A stretch of DNA of 55,048 nucleotides from a bacterium (GTDB taxonomy: Bacteria; Bacillota_I; Bacilli_A; RF39; UBA660): the NCBI GenBank assembly GCA_029007115.1, contig JAQXHG010000051.1, positions 1 to 55,048 of the forward strand, given 5' to 3'. The notes under the pieces were generated by a model. It ran no database searches. It was not told the DNA's origin and saw only the letters and a program-made list of their open reading frames with translations. The position numbers and the translations under genes are program-made. How positions within the stretch are numbered: the first letter of the stretch is position 1; every line of letters begins with the position of its first letter. Shown here in pieces: positions 1-9,759 of this stretch.

Positions 1-372
1 TTCAGCCCATCTAGCATATAATTTAATTGTTGGAGTATTTTTACAACCATATTTATCAACAGTTACTGAAGCATAAGTTCTATCTAAACTTCCAATGGTA
101 TCTCCACTAACTTTTAATGTATAGTTTTCATCATAATACCAACCGATAAATTCATATCCATCTCTCGTAGGAATTGATAATTTTTTATTTGGATCCCCTA
201 ATTGAACAGTACTTTCTAGTTTATTACCTCCCTTAGTATCATATTCTGCTATTAATGTAGCTCCTGTCTCATAATTACAGTAATTTCCTATAAAGTCAGT
301 TTCTGCATTAATAAATGTACTTCCAATAAAAAATATAAACATTAAAAATACGATATTTTTTAACAATTTCAT
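1..372 (-). CDS. Secreted InlB B-repeat (Listeria-Bacteroides repeat) protein, 3' end outside the window
   Basis: Manual translation from ATG 372: signal peptide MKLLKNIVFLMFIFFIGSTFINA, then YDTKGG...LSIPTRDGYEFIGWYYD...KLYARW, the typical B-repeat motif. Not in the ORF track. Confidence 0.75.
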   Translation of the reverse strand, partial: MKLLKNIVFLMFIFFIGSTFINAETDFIGNYCNYETGATLIAEYDTKGGNKLESTVQLGDPNKKLSIPTRDGYEFIGWYYDENYTLKVSGDTIGSLDRTYASVTVDKYGCKNTPTIKLYARWAE

Positions 373-468
373 AAATCACACCTCTATCATTATTATTAGT
401 ATAACATTAAAATTATTAATTATATATAAGAAATTGTTTTCTTTACACTATTATACATTACCTCAAAC

Positions 469-491
469 AAAAAAAGCCCTAAAGGCTTTTT
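469..491 (-). terminator. Intrinsic terminator after hup
   Basis: aaaaagcc-ctaaa-ggcttttt hairpin with a U-tract on the minus strand. Confidence 0.7.
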
Positions 492-492
492 A

Positions 493-765
493 TTAATTTA
501 AAGCATCTTTTAATTTGCTTCCAGCTTTAAATCCAGTTACTACTTTTGCAGGAATCTTAAGAGGTGCTTTTGTTAATGGGTTAATACCCTCTCTAGCAGC
601 TCTTTTCTTTGCAGTAAAAGTACCAAATCCTACTAGTGTTACTTTACCTTCCTTTTTAAGTCCAGTAGTAATACCTTCCATTGTAGCATCTAGTGCTCTT
701 GTTGCATCAGCTTTAGTTAATCCAGCTTTAGCAGCAATAAATTCTACTAATTCAGTTTTACTCAT
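493..765 (-). CDS. hup: DNA-binding protein HU
   Basis: MSKTELV...VTLVGFGTF...REGINP...FKAGSKLKD, the HU signature. Confidence 0.97.
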   Translation of the reverse strand: MSKTELVEFIAAKAGLTKADATRALDATMEGITTGLKKEGKVTLVGFGTFTAKKRAAREGINPLTKAPLKIPAKVVTGFKAGSKLKDALN

Positions 766-894
766 AGTAAATTACCTCCCATATCTTTCATAAGCACCAT
801 ACCCTTAGTACGATACTTACATACTAATTGTAGCATAACTAACATAAATTGCAAGCAAATTAAGTTTTTTTTGTTAATTTTATTGAAAAATCAC

Positions 895-2913
895 TTATTT
901 ATCACATTGTGAACACTTAATTTTATCTTTACTCTCTACCAATAGTGATCCACATTTAGAACAAAGTTCACCTGTTGGTTTATCCCAAAAAGCATTTTTA
1001 CATTTAGGATAATTATTACAACCATAAAAGATTTTACCTTTCTTAGTTTTCTTTTCTACAATTTTGCCATCACAATTAGGACAATCACAAATTTCTATAA
1101 TTTCTTTTTCTTCTTTTTTAATATATTTACATTCAGGATAATTTGAACAGGCCACAAATTTACCATATTTGCCATTTCTAATTACTAATGGACTCTTACA
1201 ATTAGGACATAACTCTCCTGTTTCTTCAGGTGCATCTTTTTCCATATTAGAAAAAGCATCATTTAAAGCAGGCTCGAAATCTTTATAAAATTTATCAAGA
1301 ACTTCATACCAAATTAATTTTCCCTCTGCGATATCATCAAGTTCTCTTTCCATATCAGCAGTATAATTTACATTTATTATAGATGAGAAGAATTCTTGTA
1401 ATTTGTCGGTTACATTTATACCTGTTTCGGTAGGATAAAACTTCTTATCTTTAATAGTCACATATTTTCTTAGTTTTAAAACATCGATTATTTTAGCATA
1501 TGTGCTTGGCCTTCCAATTCCTAATTCTTCCATTTCAGCAATTAATTTAGCCTCACTAAATCTTGGTTTTGGTTCTGTAAAATGTTGTATTTTTTCAACC
1601 TTATCACTAACAATAACATTTGATTTATAATTAGCAAAATCTGGAAGAAGAGTATCTTCTGTATCTTCAAATTCCTTATATACCTTTAAATACCCATCAA
1701 ATACATATACTTGACCTGTTGCTCTAAAAATATATCCTTTGTTTTCTAAATCAACGCTTGTTGCTTCAACCTTAGCATCTGCCATTAAAGACGCTAGCGT
1801 TCTAGTATATATAAGATTATATAACTTATACTCTTCTGGTTTTAAATATTTTTTTATTGAAGATGGTGTTCTTGATATACTAGTAGGTCTTATTGCCTCA
1901 TGTGCATCTTGAACATTATCACTACTTTTAGCTTTCTTAGTATACCCTACATATTCTTTTCCGTAATTAGATTTTATATAAGCACAAGTATCTTTTACAA
2001 ATATTTCAGAGAGTCTAATTGAATCTGTTCTCATATAAGAAATTAAACCAACCGTTTCATCACCTAAATTTATACCTTCATATAATTTCTGTGCGATTGC
2101 CATTGTTTTACTAGCAGGATATCCAAGTTTTGTTGAAGCCATTTGTGTAAGAGTACTTGTAGTGAAAGGAGGTTTACTTTTCTTATTTTTTAATTTTTTA
2201 TCAACATTATCAATATTATAAGCATTAGATAACTTAGATATAATTTCATCAGCTAAAACAGAACTTTTAATTTCTATATCTTTATTATTGTATTTCTTTA
2301 ATTCTGCTTTAAAATCACCAAAATCAGTTTCAATTGTGTAATATTCTTGAGGAACAAATGTAAGTATTTCTCTTTCTCTATCAACAATTAATTTAAGTGC
2401 AACACTTTGTACTCTACCAGCACTTTTACCATCAGTTTTATATTGCATTAATTTACTTAATCTAAATCCTATTATTCTATCTAATATTCTTCTACTTTCT
2501 TGACTATGTACTAAATCTTCATCTATTTTTCTTGGTTTAGAAAATGCTTCTTTAATCGCAGGTTCAGTTATTTCATTAAAAACAACTCTCCCATAATTAT
2601 CATCATTTAACTTTAATGTTTCTTTTAAATGCCAACTAATTGCTTCTCCCTCTCTATCTGGATCGGTTGCCAGTATAATATTATCAGCCATAGAAGCTTC
2701 TTTTTTTAGTTCACTAACTAATTTACTTTTACCTTTCATTAATATATAATTTGGTTTAAAATTATCTTCAAGATCAACTCCAAGACCAAATTTACCAGTA
2801 GTGGCTAAATCTCTAATATGCCCTTTAGAAGACAAAACTTTATAATCACTCCCTAAATACTTTTCAATAGTATGACTTTTACTAGGGCTTTCAACTATTA
2901 CTAGATTTTTCAT
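895..2913 (-). CDS. topA: DNA topoisomerase I
   Basis: LVIVESP, ATDPDREGE, SAGRVQS, LISYMRTDS (catalytic Tyr), GIGRPSTY and C-terminal Zn ribbons. Confidence 0.98.
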   Translation of the reverse strand: MKNLVIVESPSKSHTIEKYLGSDYKVLSSKGHIRDLATTGKFGLGVDLEDNFKPNYILMKGKSKLVSELKKEASMADNIILATDPDREGEAISWHLKETLKLNDDNYGRVVFNEITEPAIKEAFSKPRKIDEDLVHSQESRRILDRIIGFRLSKLMQYKTDGKSAGRVQSVALKLIVDREREILTFVPQEYYTIETDFGDFKAELKKYNNKDIEIKSSVLADEIISKLSNAYNIDNVDKKLKNKKSKPPFTTSTLTQMASTKLGYPASKTMAIAQKLYEGINLGDETVGLISYMRTDSIRLSEIFVKDTCAYIKSNYGKEYVGYTKKAKSSDNVQDAHEAIRPTSISRTPSSIKKYLKPEEYKLYNLIYTRTLASLMADAKVEATSVDLENKGYIFRATGQVYVFDGYLKVYKEFEDTEDTLLPDFANYKSNVIVSDKVEKIQHFTEPKPRFSEAKLIAEMEELGIGRPSTYAKIIDVLKLRKYVTIKDKKFYPTETGINVTDKLQEFFSSIINVNYTADMERELDDIAEGKLIWYEVLDKFYKDFEPALNDAFSNMEKDAPEETGELCPNCKSPLVIRNGKYGKFVACSNYPECKYIKKEEKEIIEICDCPNCDGKIVEKKTKKGKIFYGCNNYPKCKNAFWDKPTGELCSKCGSLLVESKDKIKCSQCDK

Positions 2914-2942
2914 ATATCACCTTTTCTTGCTTTCATTTAATA

Positions 2943-2971
2943 ATATTATAAATTAAAATTATTTTTGTCAA
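2943..2971 (-). promoter_or_regulatory. Putative sigma-A promoter of topA
   Basis: TTGACA at 2971-2966 and TAATAT/TATAAT at 2950-2943 on the minus strand. Confidence 0.55.
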
Positions 2972-3057
2972 GAATTATCCTCCTTCATTAATATTATTAC
3001 CGTAAAGTATATAATACACTATAAAAAATTAGAATTTCTTCTAATTTCTAACATTTA

Positions 3058-3555
3058 TTATTTTAATAGCCTAATTGCCTCTTTCTTAAATTTTATTACA
3101 TCTTTAGTAGTATATACGAATATAGATTAATCTTTTACTCAACTTCTATTAATCTTTTAAAAAATCTATCCTTAATTTTAAATTCACTTAAATTAGAATA
3201 TAAAACTTTAAATTTTATTGAAAGAACAAATCGCAAAAAATAGTCAGTTTCTACTACACTATTTTTATTTTTACTATTTAAAATATATGTAAGTTCATCT
3301 AAACTAATATTTTCACTAATACTAGACATAAATCTAACTACTGTTTTGTGGCTAAATACTACTTGTATTCCTTTTACTGCTTTTTCATATTCAAGATTAT
3401 TAAAATAATTATATATATAATCAATAAATAATTAAACAAAACCATCATTAGCCTTTATTACAGTAACATAAGTTGTATTATTTTTTCTAAAATATTTCTA
3501 TTACATTTTGAATAGTTGTAATTCCAACTATATATAAATTTTTAGTTTCTAGCAT
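3058..3555 (-). pseudogene. Decayed paralogue of 3566..4219 and 4237..5031
   Basis: Starts MLETKNLYIVGITTI (cf. MIETKDLYIVGITTI) and then stops. Fragments ISLDELT, TDYFLRFVLSI, KIKDRFFKRLIEVE*KINLYS and EAIRLLK* persist with stops, frameshifts and an internal deletion. Confidence 0.85.
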
Positions 3556-3565
3556 AATTCACGCC

Positions 3566-4219
3566 TTATTTTCTTTTTAATAATCTTCTTAGTTTATCTC
3601 TACTATTCATTAATTCTGTACTACTAATATTTGAATATAAATTTATTCTTTGCTCTATTGCAATTAATCTTTTAAAGAATTTTTCTTTAATAATTAATTC
3701 ACTTACCTCATTATTTGAACTCTCATATCCACCCTCTTTAAGCGTAATAAGTGCAGAAACATATTCATCAGATAATGATATTAACTTGCATGTTATCTCA
3801 TCTTTCATTTCACTTGATAAAGTAGATTTTGATAATCTATAATATATCGCATTTATTGATTGTAAGAAATAATCTTCATCTAATCTCATCTTTTCATTTT
3901 TATATCTAACAATTTGTGTAAGTTCATCTAAACTAATAGTGGCACTAATAGTACCCATATATCTAGTAACGGGCTCATAACTCAGTACAAATTTTTTTCC
4001 TTCTTTTATTTCATCATAAACTAAACTTTCTTGAGCCTCATATATTTCATCTGTGAACAATTCAGTAAATTCATCATCAGATTTTATTGCAGGAATATAA
4101 AGAACTTTTTCATCTGATTCATCTGAAGCAAAAAAATATTCTTTTTTACCATGATACTTTAATTTTACTTTATCAATAGTTGTAATTCCAACTATATATA
4201 AATCTTTAGTTTCTATCAT
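3566..4219 (-). CDS. Hypothetical protein, tandem paralogue family
   Basis: ORF with RBS; shares DEYVSALITLKEGGYESSNNEVSEL with 4237..5031. Confidence 0.85.
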   Translation of the reverse strand: MIETKDLYIVGITTIDKVKLKYHGKKEYFFASDESDEKVLYIPAIKSDDEFTELFTDEIYEAQESLVYDEIKEGKKFVLSYEPVTRYMGTISATISLDELTQIVRYKNEKMRLDEDYFLQSINAIYYRLSKSTLSSEMKDEITCKLISLSDEYVSALITLKEGGYESSNNEVSELIIKEKFFKRLIAIEQRINLYSNISSTELMNSRDKLRRLLKRK

Positions 4220-4236
4220 AATTTACTCCTTAATTT

Positions 4237-5031
4237 TTATTTTAATAATCTTTTTACCTCTTCCCTAGAATCTAATAAATCTCTAGAAGTAACATTTGAA
4301 TATAAATTTACATTTTGTTCAATCTCAATTAGTTTTTTAAAAAATCTTTCTTTTATTTTAAGTTCACTCACTTCGTTATTTGAACTCTCATATCCACCTT
4401 CTTTAAGCGTAATTAATGCAGAAACATATTCATCAGACAATAACATTAATTGATTAGTTACATCATCTTTTTCTTCAACGCTTAGAGATGATGATGACAC
4501 TTTAGATGCAACTGATAATACTGATTGTAAAAAGTAATCAGTTTCTCTAAGTATTCTTCTATTTTTAGTTTTTAAAATATTAGATAGTTCTTCTTTACTA
4601 ATTCTTTCATCAACTTTATCCATAACAGAAACAACTGACACTGCATCACTTACAACTCTATTACCTATATAAATATTAAATTTTTTAACAATTTCATAGA
4701 ATATATTTTCACCAAAAATCTCACTATATGAGCGTGAATCACTATTAATTGATTTTAGTTTTGCGATAGTATAATAACAATTGTCTTTATCAAATATAGG
4801 ATAATATTGGCCATCTTCATATTCAGTTCCTATTAGTTTTGAAATTTCTATAATAAATAAGTCATTAACTCTAATCATTTCACCTGCTTGTAAATTATTT
4901 TTAGATTCATTCATTATTGTTTCTCCTTTATTTATATCACTAGCAATCAATGTTGGTATAGATGCTGATGGTTTATAATTTTTTTGTTTATTAGGTTCTT
5001 CTAAATCATTTATATTAATTTTATTCATCAT
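4237..5031 (-). CDS. Hypothetical protein, tandem paralogue family
   Basis: AAGGAGG RBS; C-terminal ~100 aa clearly homologous to 3566..4219. Confidence 0.85.
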   Translation of the reverse strand: MMNKININDLEEPNKQKNYKPSASIPTLIASDINKGETIMNESKNNLQAGEMIRVNDLFIIEISKLIGTEYEDGQYYPIFDKDNCYYTIAKLKSINSDSRSYSEIFGENIFYEIVKKFNIYIGNRVVSDAVSVVSVMDKVDERISKEELSNILKTKNRRILRETDYFLQSVLSVASKVSSSSLSVEEKDDVTNQLMLLSDEYVSALITLKEGGYESSNNEVSELKIKERFFKKLIEIEQNVNLYSNVTSRDLLDSREEVKRLLK

Positions 5032-5054
5032 AACCTCCTTTTTAATAATTTTAG

Positions 5055-5768
5055 TTAAATACCTTTTTTTGGATCTCTAATTTCCCCTAATCTAATTTGA
5101 CTTAATTTTAAAACAGCAATAATATCTTCTGATAATTTATTTGCTTCATCTTGGTTTAATTCTAAAAGACCAAAATCTTTTTCAAAATTAATTAACTTTT
5201 TTGCAAATGAGACTCTAATTTTAATTTCATCATAGTCATTATTTGAACTACAAGTTCCATTTCTATATTCTAATAATGCTTGAGTATATTCATTAGTTAT
5301 TCTAGTTAACATTTCTAATGCAATTACCTTATCATTACTTTTTAGGGAAGAAGAAATAATTTTATAATTTAAATTTAATATAGTATTTAAAATTAAATCA
5401 TTTACTTCTAATGGTTTTGAATTAAATCTAGCATAAAGATTTTCTAATTCTTTAATAGACATGTTTTTATGTGGCTTATCTAGATATTTTGCTAATAGTT
5501 CTTTTTTAGTTATGCAATAAGAACCAACTTTGTCTAATTTAAACCAAATTGGCTTACTATCTAAATCACTTGAAAGTAAATAAACATATCCAGTAAATAC
5601 ATCAATATATTCCTCATCTATATCATTATATGTAATTATTGTATAAAACCCATTATCTTCATTTAAAACAATTTTATTATTAATTCCCATTGTCCCTCTA
5701 ACAGGTGCTACATAAACTAAATATAAATTTTTTGTTTCAAAATAATCAAATTCATCATTCACATTCAT
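5055..5768 (-). CDS. Hypothetical protein, diverged member of the same family
   Basis: FETKNLYLV at the N-terminus and EYTQALLEYRNGTCSSNNDYDEIKIRVSFAKKLINFE match the family motifs. Confidence 0.75.
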   Translation of the reverse strand: MNVNDEFDYFETKNLYLVYVAPVRGTMGINNKIVLNEDNGFYTIITYNDIDEEYIDVFTGYVYLLSSDLDSKPIWFKLDKVGSYCITKKELLAKYLDKPHKNMSIKELENLYARFNSKPLEVNDLILNTILNLNYKIISSSLKSNDKVIALEMLTRITNEYTQALLEYRNGTCSSNNDYDEIKIRVSFAKKLINFEKDFGLLELNQDEANKLSEDIIAVLKLSQIRLGEIRDPKKGI

Positions 5769-5851
5769 TATCCCTCTCACATAATTGTCGAATATTCTAA
5801 CATATTTATCAAAGAAAGTAAATGCACTATCACATAAAAAGCCTTTACTTT

Positions 5852-6508
5852 TTAGTAGTAAAAGCCAATTTTATCATTAGATTTTTTATTTAAAGAATAA
5901 TGCTTTTCTGCAATTTTTTCATTTGCTTCTCTAACTTTTTGAATTAAATCTTCTTCTATTATTTCATAAAATAATTCTACTTCATCGCTTGAATATCCCT
6001 TTTTTAATAAATAATTAGTTAAAGCATTATTTTTATATAATTTCATAAATCGTTTTTGATGTTTATTATATTTACAAAATAATTCTTCCTTTTTATATAT
6101 TTTTTCTATTTTGTATCTCTTTTCTTTTATATTACATTTTAATTTTTCACTTTTTAGATACGCATCATCTAACTGTGAATCAAAAAATTTTATTTTATTT
6201 TTTAAATCATTAATGATTCTTTTTATAGAATGTGATTCAATAAATTCATTAAGACTTAATGATCCAAATAATATAGTACTTAAAAATGTAGATATCCCTA
6301 TAGCTTGAGGAGCAAATATTATCACTAGAGTATTACTTACTAGAAATGCCGCAGTAGATATAGAGCAAATAAGTTTGCTATTTTCATAAGAACATGTTTC
6401 TTCTTTAACTTTATTTTCTAAATTATCCTTAATCAAAATTAAAGTTTTAATAACTTCATTAACTTCTTGTAATTCATTATTTTTTAAATTATTATGTTCA
6501 CTATCCAT
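5852..6508 (-). CDS. Hypothetical membrane protein (hydrophobic hairpin flanked by coiled coils)
   Basis: 218-aa ORF with two adjacent hydrophobic segments near aa 48-87. Confidence 0.7.
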   Translation of the reverse strand: MDSEHNNLKNNELQEVNEVIKTLILIKDNLENKVKEETCSYENSKLICSISTAAFLVSNTLVIIFAPQAIGISTFLSTILFGSLSLNEFIESHSIKRIINDLKNKIKFFDSQLDDAYLKSEKLKCNIKEKRYKIEKIYKKEELFCKYNKHQKRFMKLYKNNALTNYLLKKGYSSDEVELFYEIIEEDLIQKVREANEKIAEKHYSLNKKSNDKIGFYY

Positions 6509-6565
6509 CTTAACAAAATCCCACCTTCAAATCTATAATACATTATCCACTATTTCAAGTCAATT

Positions 6566-6590
6566 AAAAAGAACTAAAAAATTAGTTCTT
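6566..6590 (-). terminator. Intrinsic terminator after efp
   Basis: aagaactaa-aaaa-ttagttctt inverted repeat with adjacent A/T tract. Confidence 0.6.
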
Positions 6591-7149
6591 ATCCTCTACT
6601 AAAATATTTACCATCACGAGTAGTAATAACTATTTCTTCACCTTCAGAAATGAATAATGGTGCTTTTAAAGTATAACCAGTTTCAATAGTAACATCTTTT
6701 TGTGCACCGCTAGTAGTATTTCCTTTAACAGCATCAGGAGCACTTATAACTTTATAAGAAACTTTTTCTGGTAAGCTAATGCCTACTACTTCTCCCTCAA
6801 TACTCATTGATTCAACTTCTATACCTTCTTTTAAGAATTTATCATTTTCACCAATAACACTACTTGGTAATTCAAATTGATCATATGTATTCATATCCAT
6901 AAATACATAATTATCTCCTGCTTGGTATAAATATGATAATGGGCTCTTTCTAACATCAGCTTTTTCCATTTTAATACCTGCGTTGAATGTAATTTCTTGA
7001 GTAGTACCTGCTCTTAAATTTTTAAGTTTTGTTTTAACAAAAGCACTACCTTTTCCAGGTTTAACATGTTGGAAATCAACTACTTGATAAATAACTCCCT
7101 CATATTTAATAGTCATACCATTTTTAATATCATTTATATTAAACATCAT
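6589..7149 (-). CDS. efp: Translation elongation factor P (Lys-tip KPGKG type)
   Basis: FQHVKPGKGSAFVKTKLKNL; KGNT; IETGYTLKAPLFISEGE. Confidence 0.97.
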   Translation of the reverse strand: MMFNINDIKNGMTIKYEGVIYQVVDFQHVKPGKGSAFVKTKLKNLRAGTTQEITFNAGIKMEKADVRKSPLSYLYQAGDNYVFMDMNTYDQFELPSSVIGENDKFLKEGIEVESMSIEGEVVGISLPEKVSYKVISAPDAVKGNTTSGAQKDVTIETGYTLKAPLFISEGEEIVITTRDGKYFSRG

Positions 7150-7151
7150 AA

Positions 7152-7322
7152 CTAATTAGCCTTTCTTTCTTTATGAGCAGTTGTTCTATTACATTTTGAA
7201 CAGTATTTTTTTACTTCTAATTTTCCTTCAGTATTTTTCTTATTTTTACTTGTTAAATAATTAATATTTTTACATTCAGTACATTGTAAAGCAATACCTT
7301 CTCTATTTTCTTTCTTTGCCAT
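7152..7322 (-). CDS. rpmG: 50S ribosomal protein L33 (Zn-ribbon form)
   Basis: Manual translation (below the ORF-track cutoff): MAKKENREGIALQCTECKNINYLTSKNKKNTEGKLEVKKYCSKCNRTTAHKERKAN, 56 aa, AAGGAG RBS. Confidence 0.95.
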   Translation of the reverse strand: MAKKENREGIALQCTECKNINYLTSKNKKNTEGKLEVKKYCSKCNRTTAHKERKAN

Positions 7323-7356
7323 TCGGATAACTCCTTCCTTTTTTTATACATACAAG

Positions 7357-7385
7357 ATTATAACAAATAAAATTTAAGTTTACAA
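7357..7385 (-). promoter_or_regulatory. Putative sigma-A promoter of rpmG-efp
   Basis: TTGTAA-17 bp-TATAAT with extended TGn. Confidence 0.6.
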
Positions 7386-7487
7386 GCAAAAAAACAAATA
7401 TTTAATCAATTTATATCAATTCAAATAAAGTTTAGTAGTAAATAGTTAATTATTATGTTAAAATATCATTAGTTTTTGGAGGAATTT

Positions 7488-8231
7488 ATGAATAAAAAGA
7501 CTATATTGATTACAGGTGGCTCTAGTGGTATTGGGTCTAGTATCGTAACTAAATTTGCAAAAAATAATTACAATATTATTTTTACATATTTTAATCATGA
7601 AAAAAAAGCATTTAATTTAAAAGAAAAAATAGAAGAAGATTATAATGTATCTTGTACATGTATAAAATGTGATGTCACAAATGAAAAAGATATCGATAAT
7701 TTATATAATATAGTTATCGATAAATTTAAAAATATTGATGTTCTTGTTAATAATGCAGCTATTGCAATTGATAACCTATTTGATAATAAAACAAAAGAAG
7801 ATTTTATTAAAACTCTTGATACTAATTTAGTAAGTGTATTTTTAATATCAAGATTATTTGGTAATTTAATGTATAAAAACAAAAGTGGTAAAATTATTAA
7901 TATCTCTTCTAACAATGGAATTGATAGTTATTATGAATTTTCACTTGAATATGATGCTTCAAAAGCAGGACTTATTAATTTAACTCATAATCTTGCTCAT
8001 CATTTTAGTCCTTATATAAATGTAAATTGCGTGTGTCCTGGCTGGGTTAATACACCAATGAATGAAACATTAAGTGAAGAATTTAAGAAAAAAGAAACAG
8101 ATAAAATATTACTTAAGAGATTTGCCAGTCCAGATGAAATTGCTGATTTAGTTTATTATCTTTCGTCTAATGAAGCTAGTTATATTAATGATAGTATAAT
8201 TAAAATTGATGGAGGAATTAATCGTGAATAA
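7488..8231 (+). CDS. Short-chain dehydrogenase/reductase (FabG/YmfI-like)
   Basis: TGGSSGIG, NNAA, YDASK (YxxxK) and PGWVNT; ATG 7488 follows GGAGG. Confidence 0.9.
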   Translation: MNKKTILITGGSSGIGSSIVTKFAKNNYNIIFTYFNHEKKAFNLKEKIEEDYNVSCTCIKCDVTNEKDIDNLYNIVIDKFKNIDVLVNNAAIAIDNLFDNKTKEDFIKTLDTNLVSVFLISRLFGNLMYKNKSGKIINISSNNGIDSYYEFSLEYDASKAGLINLTHNLAHHFSPYINVNCVCPGWVNTPMNETLSEEFKKKETDKILLKRFASPDEIADLVYYLSSNEASYINDSIIKIDGGINRE

Positions 8232-9444
8232 TTTAGAATTAATTAATAAATATGAAAATGAATTAAAAGAAATATTTGATAAAATTGATAAACAAGCATT
8301 GATTAACTCTAAAAAAGTAATTGATGCCTTTCATAAATATAAATTTAGTGAAAGTGATTTAAAAGGAACTAATGGATACGGATATAATGACTCAGGTAGA
8401 GATAAACTAGATAATATTTTTGCTTATATATTTGGTGCACAAAGTGCTCTTGTAAGAAATCAATTTATATCAGGAAGTCATGCAATAACAATTGCTCTAC
8501 AAGCGTTATTAAGACCAAATGACACTCTATTATCTATAAGTGGTACTCCATATGATACTCTACATGAGGTAATTGGTATTATAGAAAATAAAAGTTCATT
8601 AATTAGTTACGGAATTAAATATAAAGAAGTAGATTTATTAAATAATGATTTTGATTATGATAAAATAAAAGAAGAATTAAACTCTAACATTAAAGTCATC
8701 CATATACAACGCTCACGTGGGTATTCCCTAAGAGATTCAATCAATATAACAAAACTAAAAAAAGTTATTAGTTTTATTAAATCTATAAATAAAGATGCTA
8801 TAATATTTGTAGATAATTGCTATTGCGAGTTTGTGGAAGATTATTCACCTATTGAAGTTGGTGCAGATATAATAGTAGGATCTTTAATTAAAAATCTAGG
8901 TGCTGGAATAGCCACAAATGGTGCTTATATAGCCGGGCGTGAAGAATTAGTAAATCTATGTGCTGATAGACTTAGTGTTCCTGGTGAGGGGCGAGATGTT
9001 GGACCTTCATTTGATGCAAATAGAATGTTTGCACTAGGATTATTTTTTGCGCCAAGTGTTGTTGCATCTGCGCTTAAAGTATCAATATTAACAAGTAAAG
9101 TTTTAGAAAACTTAGGAATACAAACTTCTCCTAAATATGATGAAGATAGATGTGACATTGTAGAACTTATTTATTTTAACGATGAAACACAACTTACTAA
9201 ATATGCAACTAATATACAAGCAAGCGGTGCAATTGATGCTCACATTGTGCCTATTGCCAGTGATATGCCTGGATATGAACATAAAATTATAATGGCAAGT
9301 CCATCTTTTACACAAGGATCATCTATAGAACTTTCTTGTGATGGGCCTATTAAAGAACCATATGTATTATTTCAACAAGGTTCTCTTACATATGAATATG
9401 GTAAACTTGCTCTAATAAATTATTTAAATAAAATAAATGAATAA
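8224..9444 (+). CDS. ynbB: YnbB-like PLP-dependent protein (methionine gamma-lyase/aluminium-resistance family)
   Basis: ISGSHAI, PYDTLHEVIG, QRSRGYS, FVDNCYCEF, GSLIKNLG, QGSSIELSCDGP; probable GTG start at 8224 after GGAGG, overlapping the SDR stop. Confidence 0.88.
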   Translation: MNNLELINKYENELKEIFDKIDKQALINSKKVIDAFHKYKFSESDLKGTNGYGYNDSGRDKLDNIFAYIFGAQSALVRNQFISGSHAITIALQALLRPNDTLLSISGTPYDTLHEVIGIIENKSSLISYGIKYKEVDLLNNDFDYDKIKEELNSNIKVIHIQRSRGYSLRDSINITKLKKVISFIKSINKDAIIFVDNCYCEFVEDYSPIEVGADIIVGSLIKNLGAGIATNGAYIAGREELVNLCADRLSVPGEGRDVGPSFDANRMFALGLFFAPSVVASALKVSILTSKVLENLGIQTSPKYDEDRCDIVELIYFNDETQLTKYATNIQASGAIDAHIVPIASDMPGYEHKIIMASPSFTQGSSIELSCDGPIKEPYVLFQQGSLTYEYGKLALINYLNKINE

Positions 9445-9485
9445 AATAAAAATCTTCTTAATATACTATTATTAGGAGGATTTAA

Positions 9486-9740
9486 GTGAAAATAGATCTA
9501 TTAAAAAATTATATCAACAAAGTAACTAAAGAAGATATAAAAAATTATATTACTAAAGAATGTGTATGTGCTAGTGATAAAGAAATAGATATTATATATA
9601 ACGCTATAAAAAATGATTATGAAGAAATATTAAATAGTAATGTTACTGATTATATTTCTAGACATAATTTAATTTTAAACAAAGAATTATACAAAAGAAT
9701 AGTAGAAAAATACAATTATTATAAAAAGTTTATTGAATAA
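9486..9740 (+). CDS. Small hypothetical protein, YqfT/DUF2624-like
   Basis: AGGAGG RBS with GTG start; size, sequence style and convergent position near nfo recall Bacillus yqfT. Confidence 0.5.
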   Translation: MKIDLLKNYINKVTKEDIKNYITKECVCASDKEIDIIYNAIKNDYEEILNSNVTDYISRHNLILNKELYKRIVEKYNYYKKFIE

Positions 9741-9759
9741 AAATCAATAAACTTTTTAT
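9721..9759. terminator. Bidirectional terminator
   Basis: ataaaaagtttattga-7 nt-tcaataaactttttat, 16-bp perfect arms between convergent genes. Confidence 0.7.

Noticed and set aside
3135-3329. 64-aa ORF as an independent gene
   Set aside because: It is an internal fragment of the pseudogene at 3058..3555.
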